64,000 nt of DNA from an uncultured Gammaproteobacteria bacterium (lineage in GTDB: Bacteria; Patescibacteriota; Microgenomatia; Woykebacterales; RBG-16-39-9b): NCBI GenBank assembly GCA_964367355.1, contig CAYIWY010000002.1, positions 7,296-71,295 of the forward strand, read 5' to 3'. Of the stretch, positions 28,632-39,157 are shown piece by piece; positions within the stretch are counted from its first letter, which is position 1, and the number at the start of each line of letters is the position of its first letter. A program made the position numbers and the translations under genes. Below the pieces are notes generated by a model. It was given only the letters and a program-made list of their open reading frames with translations. It was not told the origin of the DNA and did not search any database.

Positions 28632-31604
28632 TTACTTAAGATCATTTTGGGTTGGTGGAAAGCGAAATATTTCCACTTCTCCGGATGACTGCCCATCTTG
28701 CTCGACTTTAGGACTTTGATTTTGCGCTGTTGACTGGGAATTCTGATCCCCTACTTCGTTTACTCTCGGTTGATTTTGCAGCTGTGGCAAATCTTGATTT
28801 ATTTGTGTCATATTTGATTCCAAATCCTTCAAAAATTGGTTTGAATCAACTTCCTCTGAAAAAACTGGTTTTTCTGGTAAACCTTCTACTGTCTCTGGTT
28901 TTGAAATAACTTGTTGCGGTGATACCTGTTGTACAGGGTTAACTGGTTGCTCAATATTTTGCTTTTGCAGTCCCTGAGACAGCGGTAAAGTGGTTTCTTC
29001 AGGCTGACTTACCACTTCTGCAAGTAGATCAGCTAATGGTGAGTCCTCGGGGCTAATAGGGGTTGATTGAACAACAATCGCTGGTTGAGATCCTTCAATT
29101 GGTTGTTGGGCATCTATTACAGCCGCTGAAACAGCTGCTTGTGCAGCAGCTTTGGCCTCATCGATTGCCCATTGTGGCGGCAACGGTGGTTGACCAAGAC
29201 GGAATTTTGTTTCGGTCCATTTTTTTATTAATTTTTCGATTTTTTCCAGCTCTCGAGAGTATTTTTGACGAGAAAGTGAAATTGCTCGTTGAGAAAGATT
29301 TGTCGGATCCTTATAAGGTGCTAAGGAAATGGCTGAAAATGGTTGTGAAGACATATCGTCGATTTGTAGTTTTATATACATTTCAAACCTACCTAAATTA
29401 ATAAAATCATTTTCCAAAAATGTTGGTGAGTATTCTCTCTCCAAAAAGTGGGCATCCTGATTGCCAACCGCAAAACTTATCATCGTCCCAACGTTACCGA
29501 AAATTGCATCCCTGACAGCTTCCGGCATTTGTTCAATATATTGGTGCGTAACAATTAAATCGAGTCGGTATTTCCTCGCTTCAGAAAGAATCACCGCAAA
29601 AGAATCGGTGGCAAAGTTTTGAAACTCGTCAGCGTAAAGGAAAAAGTCGCTGCGTTGCTCTTCAGGAATATCAACCCGCCGCATAGCGGCAAATTGAAGT
29701 TGAGAAACAATCATCGCTCCAAGCAAAGAGGTGTTGTTGGCGCCGATACGACCGGAAGCAAGGTTAACAAAGAAAATCTTTTTCTGATTAATAATCTCAT
29801 CAATTTTAATACTTGATTTCGGCTGACCAACAATATTTCTGATTAATTCACTATTCAAAAATTGACCGACTTTATTTTGAATTGGGGCAATTGCTTCGGT
29901 AATCAAACGATCATTAGTTTCCATCTTGGCAAACTCTTCATTCCAATATTTTTTCATTTGCGGATCGGAAATTAAATTAACAATGTATTTTCGATAGTCA
30001 CGATCAACTAGCATACGAATAACTGAAAGTAAGGAGGTGTTGGGAACTTCAAGCAGTGTCAGAATACAATTTTTTAAAATATACTCAAGTCTTGGTCCCC
30101 AGCTCTCGGCGAAATATTTTTTGAAAACATCGACCAGAGTATCACCGATCAAAGTCCGTTGTCTTGGATCGACTAGCTCTAACATATTTAAAGCAACTGG
30201 GTATTGTGCGTCGGCCGGGTTGAAGATAACAACATCATCAAGTCGGTTTTCCGGCACAAACTCCAAAAGTTCATCGATCAACTGACCGTGCGGGTCAAGA
30301 ACAGCAACACCCTCACCGTTGCGCATATCCTGAATTATCATATTACTTATCAAAGTTGATTTCCCGACTCCAGTTTTACCGATCATATACATATGCTTGC
30401 GTCGATCCGGTCTCTTAATACCAAATTTAATTTCTTGATCACGGAAATAAGTTTTACCCATATAAGTGACGTTTTCTGTTGGTAAGTTAAGTGGTGGTTC
30501 GCTCTTTTTGGAGCGAGTCCAGGCAATGGTTGGGGTTTCGACTGACATATTCGGCAAATGGAAAATTGAGGCAAGCTCTTCGATATCCAATATGTAGTCC
30601 CCTGCTTCACCCTCAGGAAAGAGTCGGCTCTGGTAACTTTTTAACAAAGTAGCTGTTGTCGGACTATCAGGATCTTCCTCAAAACTGTTTAAAGAAGCAG
30701 TTGAGAATTGTTTGAAAGAAGCAACGGCGCTAGCCAAGCGCTGTTGTGCAGCTTCAGCAGAGTTACCAATAGAAATTACTCTTATTTTTGTCTCAAAACC
30801 TATCTTCGAAAGTTTATTCTCGATCATTTTCAAATCGAGTTCTTTTCCGGCAGAAAGTTTTGGCAGCTGTGGGGGTCCTACTCTGGGTGCTACAACCTCA
30901 GCAGGTCCGCGGGCAATATAAGGAAAAATATTTCCACCCACCGACATGATGTGTTTTCCAACATCAATCATAATTTGTGAGGCATTCAATGTAACCGGCT
31001 CTTGACCCTCACGGACCATCTGAACATACTCGTGACCACGTTCTTGCCAAAAATCATCTACCGGGCGCACCAAAATCTGAGCCCAAAGCTGCTCGCCATT
31101 ACGGACGCTACTTAAGGCACTAGTAACCGCTGCCAGTGGATCGACCTCAAAATCCCGAAAAGTTTTGATCGGAAGAATAAAATCTTTTGACAAAACTATT
31201 TCCGTACCGCTAACAACTGCTGAGGCACCAACACTTTTTGAATAATCGACTGCTTCACGAATTTCCGCAGTCGGATACTGCGCATAAATTTGACTTTCAA
31301 CGAAACTTTTGAATTGTCTAGGGGTAAAAACGTAAAAGCCGAGCCCTTCAGCTGAGCTGGCCATTTCCAGTGAGACATGCTCTTGAATTCCGGGGGTAAA
31401 CTTCAGTAAACCATGAAGCGAGGCAAACATTTGCTCGGCCGCGATCGGAAGTTTTTCGTTTTCACGCGGCAAACGAATGGAAAGTAGAACTCCCTCTTTG
31501 ATATCTGATTTTTTCGACTTGCCGGCTTCCTGCTGCAATGCGCTTCTATAAGCAAAAAAGAAGGCTACAAGAACGATTATTCCTAAAATTATGATTAAAG
31601 GCAT
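28632..31604 (-). CDS. VirD4/TraG/DUF87-like ATPase
   Basis: N-terminal TM, HMYMIGKTGVGKS, LDPHG, YADEFQNF, SEARKY; Q/P-rich tail. Confidence 0.88.
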   Translation of the reverse strand: MPLIIILGIIVLVAFFFAYRSALQQEAGKSKKSDIKEGVLLSIRLPRENEKLPIAAEQMFASLHGLLKFTPGIQEHVSLEMASSAEGLGFYVFTPRQFKSFVESQIYAQYPTAEIREAVDYSKSVGASAVVSGTEIVLSKDFILPIKTFRDFEVDPLAAVTSALSSVRNGEQLWAQILVRPVDDFWQERGHEYVQMVREGQEPVTLNASQIMIDVGKHIMSVGGNIFPYIARGPAEVVAPRVGPPQLPKLSAGKELDLKMIENKLSKIGFETKIRVISIGNSAEAAQQRLASAVASFKQFSTASLNSFEEDPDSPTTATLLKSYQSRLFPEGEAGDYILDIEELASIFHLPNMSVETPTIAWTRSKKSEPPLNLPTENVTYMGKTYFRDQEIKFGIKRPDRRKHMYMIGKTGVGKSTLISNMIIQDMRNGEGVAVLDPHGQLIDELLEFVPENRLDDVVIFNPADAQYPVALNMLELVDPRQRTLIGDTLVDVFKKYFAESWGPRLEYILKNCILTLLEVPNTSLLSVIRMLVDRDYRKYIVNLISDPQMKKYWNEEFAKMETNDRLITEAIAPIQNKVGQFLNSELIRNIVGQPKSSIKIDEIINQKKIFFVNLASGRIGANNTSLLGAMIVSQLQFAAMRRVDIPEEQRSDFFLYADEFQNFATDSFAVILSEARKYRLDLIVTHQYIEQMPEAVRDAIFGNVGTMISFAVGNQDAHFLEREYSPTFLENDFINLGRFEMYIKLQIDDMSSQPFSAISLAPYKDPTNLSQRAISLSRQKYSRELEKIEKLIKKWTETKFRLGQPPLPPQWAIDEAKAAAQAAVSAAVIDAQQPIEGSQPAIVVQSTPISPEDSPLADLLAEVVSQPEETTLPLSQGLQKQNIEQPVNPVQQVSPQQVISKPETVEGLPEKPVFSEEVDSNQFLKDLESNMTQINQDLPQLQNQPRVNEVGDQNSQSTAQNQSPKVEQDGQSSGEVEIFRFPPTQNDLK

Positions 31605-31800
31605 TTTTCCTCTCTTTTCTCCTCTCTAACTTAACTGGAGTTTACTCTTTTTTAGCTTTAAAGTCAATAAAAACGACAAAACTCCCCCGTAGGAGAGCTT
31701 TGTCTGAAGAAAGGACTAATTTTGGCCCTTTCTTCGGAAGAAAGGAGAGAGATCGTGAAAATAATAGCACCTTTTCTGCTAAAAGTCAAGATCATACTCT

Positions 31801-32868
31801 TTAAAAATCGAAAACCGAGGCAAAATCATTACCAATTTTTACTTTTATATCGCCTTCAATCGAATCCTTGTTACTTATTTTTTCCATTCTTACTCCAAGT
31901 ATTGTTTCTAAACGCTTAGCCAACAAATTATTTTTATCTTTAACTAGTATTCTACTTTTTTCTAATTCTTCAGCTTTAGAGACATTAAGCACGTTTCCTC
32001 CGAGGTTTGTGACAACAGCTTTCAGAATACTCCCTACACCTGGCACACTACTAGAATTCTCAATCTGAACGGCAGCTTCTTCCTTAGAAATACTGTTATC
32101 GCTCAAAAACAACCCAAGCTTATTTGCAGAGGATTGAGAATCAAAAATACCTTGACTATCAATACTCCTTGTCAAATCAATCAGACTAACCCTCTCGGGA
32201 GTCAAATTCTTACTAAACCAAATTAAACTATTGGCTTTATCCAATGTAATATTAGTTTTCATTTTTCTATCAAGATAATCTTTACTGTTACCCAATTTCC
32301 AGAAAAATCCCGGTGAATAAAAACTGTCAATTAATTCTTCCAAAACAGCCTTATTGATCCAATTTATTTTGTCATTAACTACAATGTAACCATCAAAAAA
32401 ATATCCGAGCGTTAGCATCAAAGACGCCTCTAGTCTATCAATATTTAAATTCCCATTCGTGAACGCCCGCTCAGAAAAAGATTTTGACAGCGTTAAAGTG
32501 TCAATTTTTGCTTGGGGGTTAATCTTAACTAATTTCACTTTTCTATCCCCTTTCTCCAAACTCAGAAAACCTAGTTCTGTCACTTTTTTATCGACCTGCG
32601 TAACAAGTAGTATATTTGTTCTTTGTTCTATATTTATCTCTCCTCGACTTGCAAATTTACTTTGTATAAAATGGAAGGGTTTTTGAATCTTACCAATAAG
32701 ACTTGGGACTTGAACAATAAGAGTCAGTGAAACTACTACAAGAAAAAATAATACCAAAACTCGAAAAAATTGACCAGATTTTTTCTTGGATCTTTCTTCG
32801 GCTAACTTTTTGCTTTGACTAGAAACTTGTTGATCGTAAAATCGATTTTTTGTCTGGTTCTTTAACAT
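31801..32868 (-). CDS. LCP-like protein with LytR C-terminal domain
   Basis: TM, NILLV strand, VQIENSS..PG, DIKVKIGND. Confidence 0.7.
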   Translation of the reverse strand: MLKNQTKNRFYDQQVSSQSKKLAEERSKKKSGQFFRVLVLFFLVVVSLTLIVQVPSLIGKIQKPFHFIQSKFASRGEINIEQRTNILLVTQVDKKVTELGFLSLEKGDRKVKLVKINPQAKIDTLTLSKSFSERAFTNGNLNIDRLEASLMLTLGYFFDGYIVVNDKINWINKAVLEELIDSFYSPGFFWKLGNSKDYLDRKMKTNITLDKANSLIWFSKNLTPERVSLIDLTRSIDSQGIFDSQSSANKLGLFLSDNSISKEEAAVQIENSSSVPGVGSILKAVVTNLGGNVLNVSKAEELEKSRILVKDKNNLLAKRLETILGVRMEKISNKDSIEGDIKVKIGNDFASVFDF

Positions 32869-32941
32869 AGAATTAAATATTAGCACAAACACTTACGCTT
32901 GTTTTCTTGACACTTTAGCACTAATTGAATAACATTTAGTT

Positions 32942-33652
32942 ATGGATTCCCAACCAATTCAAAATACCGCGTCCTCCCCTTCAGGAGAACTTAAGCGATC
33001 AAACTTAAAGTCACCAAAAGCTTCGTTAATCGACCAAATTCAAAAATTAAGCCTGCTTACAAAAATAATTTCGGCTGCAGCAGTTTTTTTACTTTTGACA
33101 TTTCTGGTTTTGTTAGTACTGTTCTTAACAAACAATCAAAGGGAGCAATCTAAATCTGTTTCAACTACCAAAGTAGATGCTGTTGAAAAAGAACGGAATA
33201 GACAAAACGTAGCCAGTCAAACTGCCCTAGAGCAGCTGGAGCCGATAAATCAGCTGGAAAAGGCCTATGACGATTCTGTGGGCTCAGACAGCTCAAAAAG
33301 GAGCTTGGGTATCGATGCTGATGGAAACGCAATTATCGAATATGAGATTTCCTCAAAAGATGGGCAACTTATTTTGAAAACTTCTTATGAAAATTTTGCT
33401 GACCTGGCAAAGCGAGTCTTTAATATTCCGACAATAAAAAGACTAAATGTAACAACTTACGCCAATAAATTCACTGACCTCTTCGGTAAACCAAATGTTT
33501 TTGCGCTTAAACTCCAACTAACCAAAGAAACCAATTCCAAAATCAACTGGTCAATCAAGAAATATTCCTATGCTAATTACGCGACTATTCTCGATCTTCA
33601 CGAAATAAATCCTGATTTAACTAAAGACTATAAAGCCTTAACAAAAAAGTAA
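32942..33652 (+). CDS. Membrane-anchored hypothetical protein
   Basis: Single TM; TAACAT 6 nt before ATG. Confidence 0.75.
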   Translation: MDSQPIQNTASSPSGELKRSNLKSPKASLIDQIQKLSLLTKIISAAAVFLLLTFLVLLVLFLTNNQREQSKSVSTTKVDAVEKERNRQNVASQTALEQLEPINQLEKAYDDSVGSDSSKRSLGIDADGNAIIEYEISSKDGQLILKTSYENFADLAKRVFNIPTIKRLNVTTYANKFTDLFGKPNVFALKLQLTKETNSKINWSIKKYSYANYATILDLHEINPDLTKDYKALTKK

Positions 33653-35335
33653 CTAAGCAATTTTTGTTCGTAATTCTTCCAAATGTTCTTGCTTAACCTC
33701 CCCGGCTTTGATCTCAGCTAGTTTCTGCGGACCAAGAAGATGGGCTACCTGGTGACCAGATAGTATCCTGGGCACTACGACATAATCAGCTCCCATTTTA
33801 TAGAAAGCGACAGCCCACTCTCGTTCAGCCGCGGTAACGAAAACAATCGGTTTTGAACTTAATTCTTTCACACAAGACAGAAGTTCTTCAGTGTCATCGA
33901 AATCAAAAACCGTTGAAATAACTAAACTAGCCTTATCAATTTTAGCTTCTTCCCAAATATCAGGATCGGTAATGTCCCCAAAAAGGTAACTAACATTAGC
34001 CTCCTTCAAAAAATTGACAATTGTCGGATTGAAATCAACCACTAAGATTTGTTTTCCTTGCTTGCGTAGTTGTTTTAAAATTTCGCCTCCGAGACGACCA
34101 CAACCAATCAAAACTACATGATCATCCAACTCCAAACCAGTATTTAACTCAATACTGGAGTCTTTAAGCTCAAAAACTTTTAAGTGTTTCTCTAATTTTC
34201 GATAGACCTTGGTCGCAAAAACCAAAATATAAGACGAAACAGCAATTGTGATAATCGCCGATAGAGTCACAACTGCAACCACAGAATTAGTTACAACTTT
34301 CCCCTCAAGGGCTAGCAAAATTAAGACAAAAGAAAATTCAGAGACCTGAGCTAAGGAAACACCAGTCATAAAACCAGTCCGACGTTTGAATCCCAATCTG
34401 CCTAATGTAATAATAACGATAAGTGGTTTGATCAATAAAACAAACAAGCTTAGTAATATAGCTTGCCAAAGAATTACAAAACTAAAATCGACAACAATCC
34501 GACTTCCCAGAAAAATGAAAAAGAGTACTAGAAAAAAATCCCGCAGTGGCTTTATTCGCGCCGCAATCTGATGTTCTTGTTTCAAAGAAGCTAGGCCAAG
34601 TCCAGCAATAAAAGCACCAATTTCCAGTGAAAAATGAAAAAATCCAAAAGCCGAAATAACAATAAATAGCCAAGCTAAACCAGACAGAAAAAGCAACTCC
34701 ATATTACGAGCGAGCCTTTCAAAAAGATACGGTAGGACTTTCTGATTTAGAAAATATATCACCCCGAGCAGAACTGTCCCGCTAACGATGGTTAGTAAAA
34801 TCGTTGAAATACTTAAACTACTAGTGTCTGTGCTAAGACTGGAAAATAAGATAAGAAAGAATATTGCCACTAAATCTTGAAGCAGGAGGATCGCGATTGA
34901 AAGTTTCCCATATAGGGAGTCGTAGTCCCGCTTTTCATTTAAAATTTTGACAACTATGACTGTGCTGGAAAAAGTTAAAGCTAACCCAATATAAATCGAC
35001 GCAATTGGGGTAAAACCTAGAAGCAAAGAGAAGAGAAATGCGAGAATGCTCGTGGCAGCAATCTGTATAACTCCGGTTGTCAGTGCCTGACGACCAAATT
35101 GCCGCAGTTCAGAAGTACTAATTTCTAACCCAACCAGAAACAAAAGAAAACTCAAGCCCAAATCCCGAAATAATTCAAGTTGATTACTAGTATCACTATT
35201 GAGAAGAAATGGTCCGACAATAATTCCCGCTAAGATATACGCGAGTATTAACGGAAGACGAAAAAACGACGACCAGGCACCTAAAAAGGCAGCCAAAGCA
35301 ATTATCAACCCAATCGCCAAAAAGGCAGTAGACAT
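33653..35335 (-). CDS. CPA2/Kef cation:proton antiporter with TrkA-N domain
   Basis: LLLQD, QVSEFS, IGCGRLG. Confidence 0.93.
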   Translation of the reverse strand: MSTAFLAIGLIIALAAFLGAWSSFFRLPLILAYILAGIIVGPFLLNSDTSNQLELFRDLGLSFLLFLVGLEISTSELRQFGRQALTTGVIQIAATSILAFLFSLLLGFTPIASIYIGLALTFSSTVIVVKILNEKRDYDSLYGKLSIAILLLQDLVAIFFLILFSSLSTDTSSLSISTILLTIVSGTVLLGVIYFLNQKVLPYLFERLARNMELLFLSGLAWLFIVISAFGFFHFSLEIGAFIAGLGLASLKQEHQIAARIKPLRDFFLVLFFIFLGSRIVVDFSFVILWQAILLSLFVLLIKPLIVIITLGRLGFKRRTGFMTGVSLAQVSEFSFVLILLALEGKVVTNSVVAVVTLSAIITIAVSSYILVFATKVYRKLEKHLKVFELKDSSIELNTGLELDDHVVLIGCGRLGGEILKQLRKQGKQILVVDFNPTIVNFLKEANVSYLFGDITDPDIWEEAKIDKASLVISTVFDFDDTEELLSCVKELSSKPIVFVTAAEREWAVAFYKMGADYVVVPRILSGHQVAHLLGPQKLAEIKAGEVKQEHLEELRTKIA

Positions 35336-35373
35336 ATAGATTAATTATATAGTTAGAAAGCGAAAAATCAAAA

Positions 35374-36261
35374 TTAAATTCTTAATTTTTTTAAGCAACT
35401 TTCCAAATCAGAAGGCAGTGTGGATTCAAACTTCATTCTTTTTCCACTTGTCGGATGTGTTAATTCCAGTTTTGCAGCGTGTAAAAACTGCCGACCGAGG
35501 AGCATCTTACCACCATATAATTTATCCCCAACCACCGGATGACCAATGTGCGAGAGATGGACTCGTATTTGATGGGTACGACCAGTGAGAGGTTTTAACT
35601 CAAGAAGAGTAAATTTGTCAAAACGCTCTAGTACCTTATACTTGGTTGTCGCTTCTCGTCCGCCCTTCGAAACAGTAAATTTTGACCGAAATTTTGGATG
35701 ACGGTCAATTTTTTCCTTAATTACCCCAACTTCCTTCTCTACTCTACCCGTAACTAAAGAAATATAGGTTTTTGAAACCTCTCGATCCTTAAATTGCTTT
35801 TTCAAATTCTCCAAAGCAGTTTGCGTTTTCGCCACAACCACAACCCCTGATGTATTTTTATCAAGTCGATGAACTATCCCTGGCCTTAAATCGTCGGATT
35901 TAAGATCTTTAAGATGATTTAAGATTGCATTCACCAAGGTTCCGGACGGATGGTCTAAAGTCGGATGTGTAACTAAATTCGGTGGTTTATCAACCACAAG
36001 CAACTCCTGATCCTCGTAAATAATTGTTAAAGGTATTTTTTCTGGTTTTAAGGAAACTTCTTTGGCAGCAGGAATTTCAACTTTTATCGTATCCCCCTTT
36101 CGAACTTTGTAAGCTGGATCGGAAACTTGGCCATCGACAAGAATGTAACCTTCTTTTATCAATTTTTTTGCCGCGGAACGTGAAAGATTCTTGACCAGGT
36201 CAGCAACGAATTGATCGAGACGATCTTTTTGAGGTTTAACAGTTACTTTTAGAACCTGCAT
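35374..36261 (-). CDS. rluD: RluD-type pseudouridine synthase
   Basis: S4 domain, GIVHRLDKNTSG, GRTHQIR. Confidence 0.93.
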   Translation of the reverse strand: MQVLKVTVKPQKDRLDQFVADLVKNLSRSAAKKLIKEGYILVDGQVSDPAYKVRKGDTIKVEIPAAKEVSLKPEKIPLTIIYEDQELLVVDKPPNLVTHPTLDHPSGTLVNAILNHLKDLKSDDLRPGIVHRLDKNTSGVVVVAKTQTALENLKKQFKDREVSKTYISLVTGRVEKEVGVIKEKIDRHPKFRSKFTVSKGGREATTKYKVLERFDKFTLLELKPLTGRTHQIRVHLSHIGHPVVGDKLYGGKMLLGRQFLHAAKLELTHPTSGKRMKFESTLPSDLESCLKKLRI

Positions 36262-36653
36262 TAAGTTGGGGTGGACAGGGAACTTTTGTTCAAAAAAACT
36301 TTAACTTCGGACAAAACTTGGTCTGGGTTCATTGCGGATTTTATTAAATAACCCGAAGCCCCCAAGGCAAAACCTTCTTTGATTATCGAATCTTGTCCCA
36401 AATTGGTTAATAAAACTGTTGGTCCATTCTTTAGTTTTGGTGATTTGTCTTTGACATGACGCAAAATTTCCAAGCCATCCATTTTTGGTAACATTATATC
36501 AAGTAATACCAGATCAAACCCGCCTTCAGAGATATGATTCAAACCCTCCTCTCCATCAACTGCCAAAGTTACATCGTAACCTTCTCCCTTAAGAAGTTCA
36601 TCATAAAGCTCTCTGAGAAATTCATCATCTTCGACTACAATTATTTTAGACAT
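36261..36653 (-). CDS. Single-domain response regulator
   Basis: VEDD, LLDIMLP..DG, LTN, YLIK. Confidence 0.92.
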   Translation of the reverse strand: MSKIIVVEDDEFLRELYDELLKGEGYDVTLAVDGEEGLNHISEGGFDLVLLDIMLPKMDGLEILRHVKDKSPKLKNGPTVLLTNLGQDSIIKEGFALGASGYLIKSAMNPDQVLSEVKVFLNKSSLSTPT

Positions 36654-36727
36654 TTTAACAAAACCCTCTTTTTTTAATTCCTAATTCCATTATGCTCTTT
36701 TTTTTGCATAACGAATTCCTAATTCCA

Positions 36728-37069
36728 TTATGCCCCTTTTTTCTTAGCTTGGCAACTTGTACAAAATGAAGCAGTCGGCATCGCATTAAGTCGCTCTTCA
36801 CTGATCTTTTGAGTACAATTTAAACAAACTCCAAAAGTATTGTTTTCAATTCTTTTTAAGGCCGCTTGCGTGTCTTTCAAGGATATTTCCAGTTCAAACC
36901 TTGTCGCAGCAATACGATCGTGCCCCTCTATTTCGGTTATAGAATCATCAAATGTTTGAGACGAACGATTTTTATCCAGATAAGGATCTTCTTGCTTGTA
37001 AAAGCTAATTTCTTTGACCAACTTTTCTAATTCCTCTTCAAGTAATTTTTTGTAAAAAGTCAAATCCAT
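36728..37069 (-). CDS. TraR/DksA C4 zinc-finger protein
   Basis: ALKRI..FGVCLNC..ERL..P...CTSC. Confidence 0.9.
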   Translation of the reverse strand: MDLTFYKKLLEEELEKLVKEISFYKQEDPYLDKNRSSQTFDDSITEIEGHDRIAATRFELEISLKDTQAALKRIENNTFGVCLNCTQKISEERLNAMPTASFCTSCQAKKKGA

Positions 37070-37088
37070 ACTTCCCTTCTCTCTAAAT

Positions 37089-37913
37089 CTAGCCTCTAAA
37101 CGGACGCTTAAATCTTAAATTCAAGCCAAAAATATGTTTAGAGATTACTTTGAAATCTGCTCTGAAATTGCGAAACTGATAGTAGTATAATCCGAGCATT
37201 GAAAAAATAGCAACTCCTAAGGCTAGTAAACTCGCCAACCGAAATGGTCCCAAATATGTCGAATCTCCACGAAGCTGTTCAAACACCAGTCTTCCCAAAG
37301 ACCAAAAAAGTAAGTAATAGAAAAAAACAGCACCAGAGCGAAATTGCGACAACATTTTTAATCGATCTTGATAAAAACGATACAAAAAAATAAAAAGCAC
37401 TAAGCTAAATATAGCTTCATAAATTTGCACTGGGTGGCGAGGGCCTTCCAAAAAAGTGTAAACTACGCCAAGTGGGAATTTTGTAATTGCTCCATAATCA
37501 TTTCCTGCCAAAAAACTACCAATTTTGCCAAAAAAAGTCGCTAATAAAACAGCTTGTACAGCGATATCAGCAACTTGAAAAAAATCCCATTTCCACTTTC
37601 TGATTAAATAAGCACCTGCCAAAAAAACTAAAATAAAACTTCCGTAGTAAGCAAAACCACCTTCCCAAAAATAAAAAATACGCCAAAAATTGGTTGAAAA
37701 TAAATTGAAGTTAATCAAAGAGTACAGTATTCTTCCACCAATAATAGCGCTCAGCAGTATCACCACGCTGAAATCAATAAGTTTTTCTTCCTTATATCCC
37801 CTTTTTCTACCTTCCCTCCAAAAAAAGAAAGTTCCAGCCAAATAAGCAATCGCCAAGAAAAAACCATACGAATAAATTGTCAGCGGGCCAAAGTGAAAAA
37901 GTATTGGATACAT
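37089..37913 (-). CDS. lgt: Prolipoprotein diacylglyceryl transferase
   Basis: YSYG, GGR, WEGG, RHPVQIYE, EQLR. Confidence 0.9.
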   Translation of the reverse strand: MYPILFHFGPLTIYSYGFFLAIAYLAGTFFFWREGRKRGYKEEKLIDFSVVILLSAIIGGRILYSLINFNLFSTNFWRIFYFWEGGFAYYGSFILVFLAGAYLIRKWKWDFFQVADIAVQAVLLATFFGKIGSFLAGNDYGAITKFPLGVVYTFLEGPRHPVQIYEAIFSLVLFIFLYRFYQDRLKMLSQFRSGAVFFYYLLFWSLGRLVFEQLRGDSTYLGPFRLASLLALGVAIFSMLGLYYYQFRNFRADFKVISKHIFGLNLRFKRPFRG

Positions 37914-37931
37914 GTCTTCTTTAGATTATAC

Positions 37932-39113
37932 CTATTTTGCTCGAAGTCGGTAAAGACCGAAACACAAAACAACAATACCAAGAACCGTAAGAACAGTCCT
38001 AACACCAAATATATCGCCAATTGCTCCAGATAAAATTACCGGCAACGCTGCTACTCCGCTGATAAAAGTTCCAAGAAGTCCATATGCCCGACCACGCATT
38101 TTTTCCGGCGTGTTTTTTTGGAAAGCAGTCGTCACCGGAATTGTTATAAAGGCATTTTCTATTCCTAGTAATAAAATGCAGAAGAGCGAAAATATTTGGA
38201 AAAAAATCCCAAATTGGTAATTCCCAAAGGAAGCTAAGACTAGAAAAGTTATCCCAAGTCCGAGTAACCCAATGTTTACCAACACCCGTTCCGTCAACCG
38301 ATTTGCGATATGGCTGATTATCACTGACCCAATCGCCATACCAACTACTGCTGGCGCGATAACTAAAGTTGAGGCAAATTTGATGTTTAATTTCAGTATT
38401 TTATCGACATAACCTGGACCGATTGTGGCCAAAATGAAAAAAATAGTTGTTGTTAAAGTTAAAAAGAAAATCGAATCCCTTACAACCTTAGTTGTGATAA
38501 TGAATTTGATCCCGTCCCAAAAACTACTCAACAAACCTACCTTATGCAATTTCACTTCTGATTTAATATTTTTTGGTAAAAAGAAACTAAGCAAAACTGA
38601 AATAATAAAACAAGTAAAAATTGCGGCTAACGTAAAGGATTCACCCAAAAGATTCAAAGAAAAACCACCGGCCAAAAAGCCAACTATGAGTCCAGTCTGC
38701 AATGAAAGCGAAAACAAACTATTTGCGGCTATCAAATCCGTTTCTGGGACTAAAGCTGGTATCGCCGAACCTTCCGCTGGAATAAAGAAAAGTGTCGCCA
38801 CGGCCAAAATAAAAACCAGTAAAAAAACTAATGGTTGAAATTGAATAAAAAATATTAAAAAAAGAACTGAAAATGCTCGGATCGTATTTGTTATTAAAAG
38901 AACTTTTCTTAGGTTGACTTGATCAACATAAACTCCGGCCAAGTAACCCAAGAAAATTGAGGGGGCTGTGAAAGTTAATATTAAAATACTAACAACAGTG
39001 TTTGAAGACGTCAGCTCGTACATCTTTATTATCAAAACAAAATAAAGCGCGTTTAGAGCAATTTGTGAGGTAATCTGTGAACCCCAAAGAACTAGGAAAT
39101 TTGGGTTGAACAT
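37932..39113 (-). CDS. MFS transporter
   Basis: About 12 TMs, AGVYVD, RGRAYG. Confidence 0.9.
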   Translation of the reverse strand: MFNPNFLVLWGSQITSQIALNALYFVLIIKMYELTSSNTVVSILILTFTAPSIFLGYLAGVYVDQVNLRKVLLITNTIRAFSVLFLIFFIQFQPLVFLLVFILAVATLFFIPAEGSAIPALVPETDLIAANSLFSLSLQTGLIVGFLAGGFSLNLLGESFTLAAIFTCFIISVLLSFFLPKNIKSEVKLHKVGLLSSFWDGIKFIITTKVVRDSIFFLTLTTTIFFILATIGPGYVDKILKLNIKFASTLVIAPAVVGMAIGSVIISHIANRLTERVLVNIGLLGLGITFLVLASFGNYQFGIFFQIFSLFCILLLGIENAFITIPVTTAFQKNTPEKMRGRAYGLLGTFISGVAALPVILSGAIGDIFGVRTVLTVLGIVVLCFGLYRLRAK

Positions 39114-39157
39114 GACTCTTGGGAAAAATCTTTTAATTTCTACCTCCTTTTTTCTAC

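Noticed and set aside
28632-31604. Conjugative element
   Set aside because: The VirD4-like gene is isolated among core genes, with no relaxase or VirB cluster
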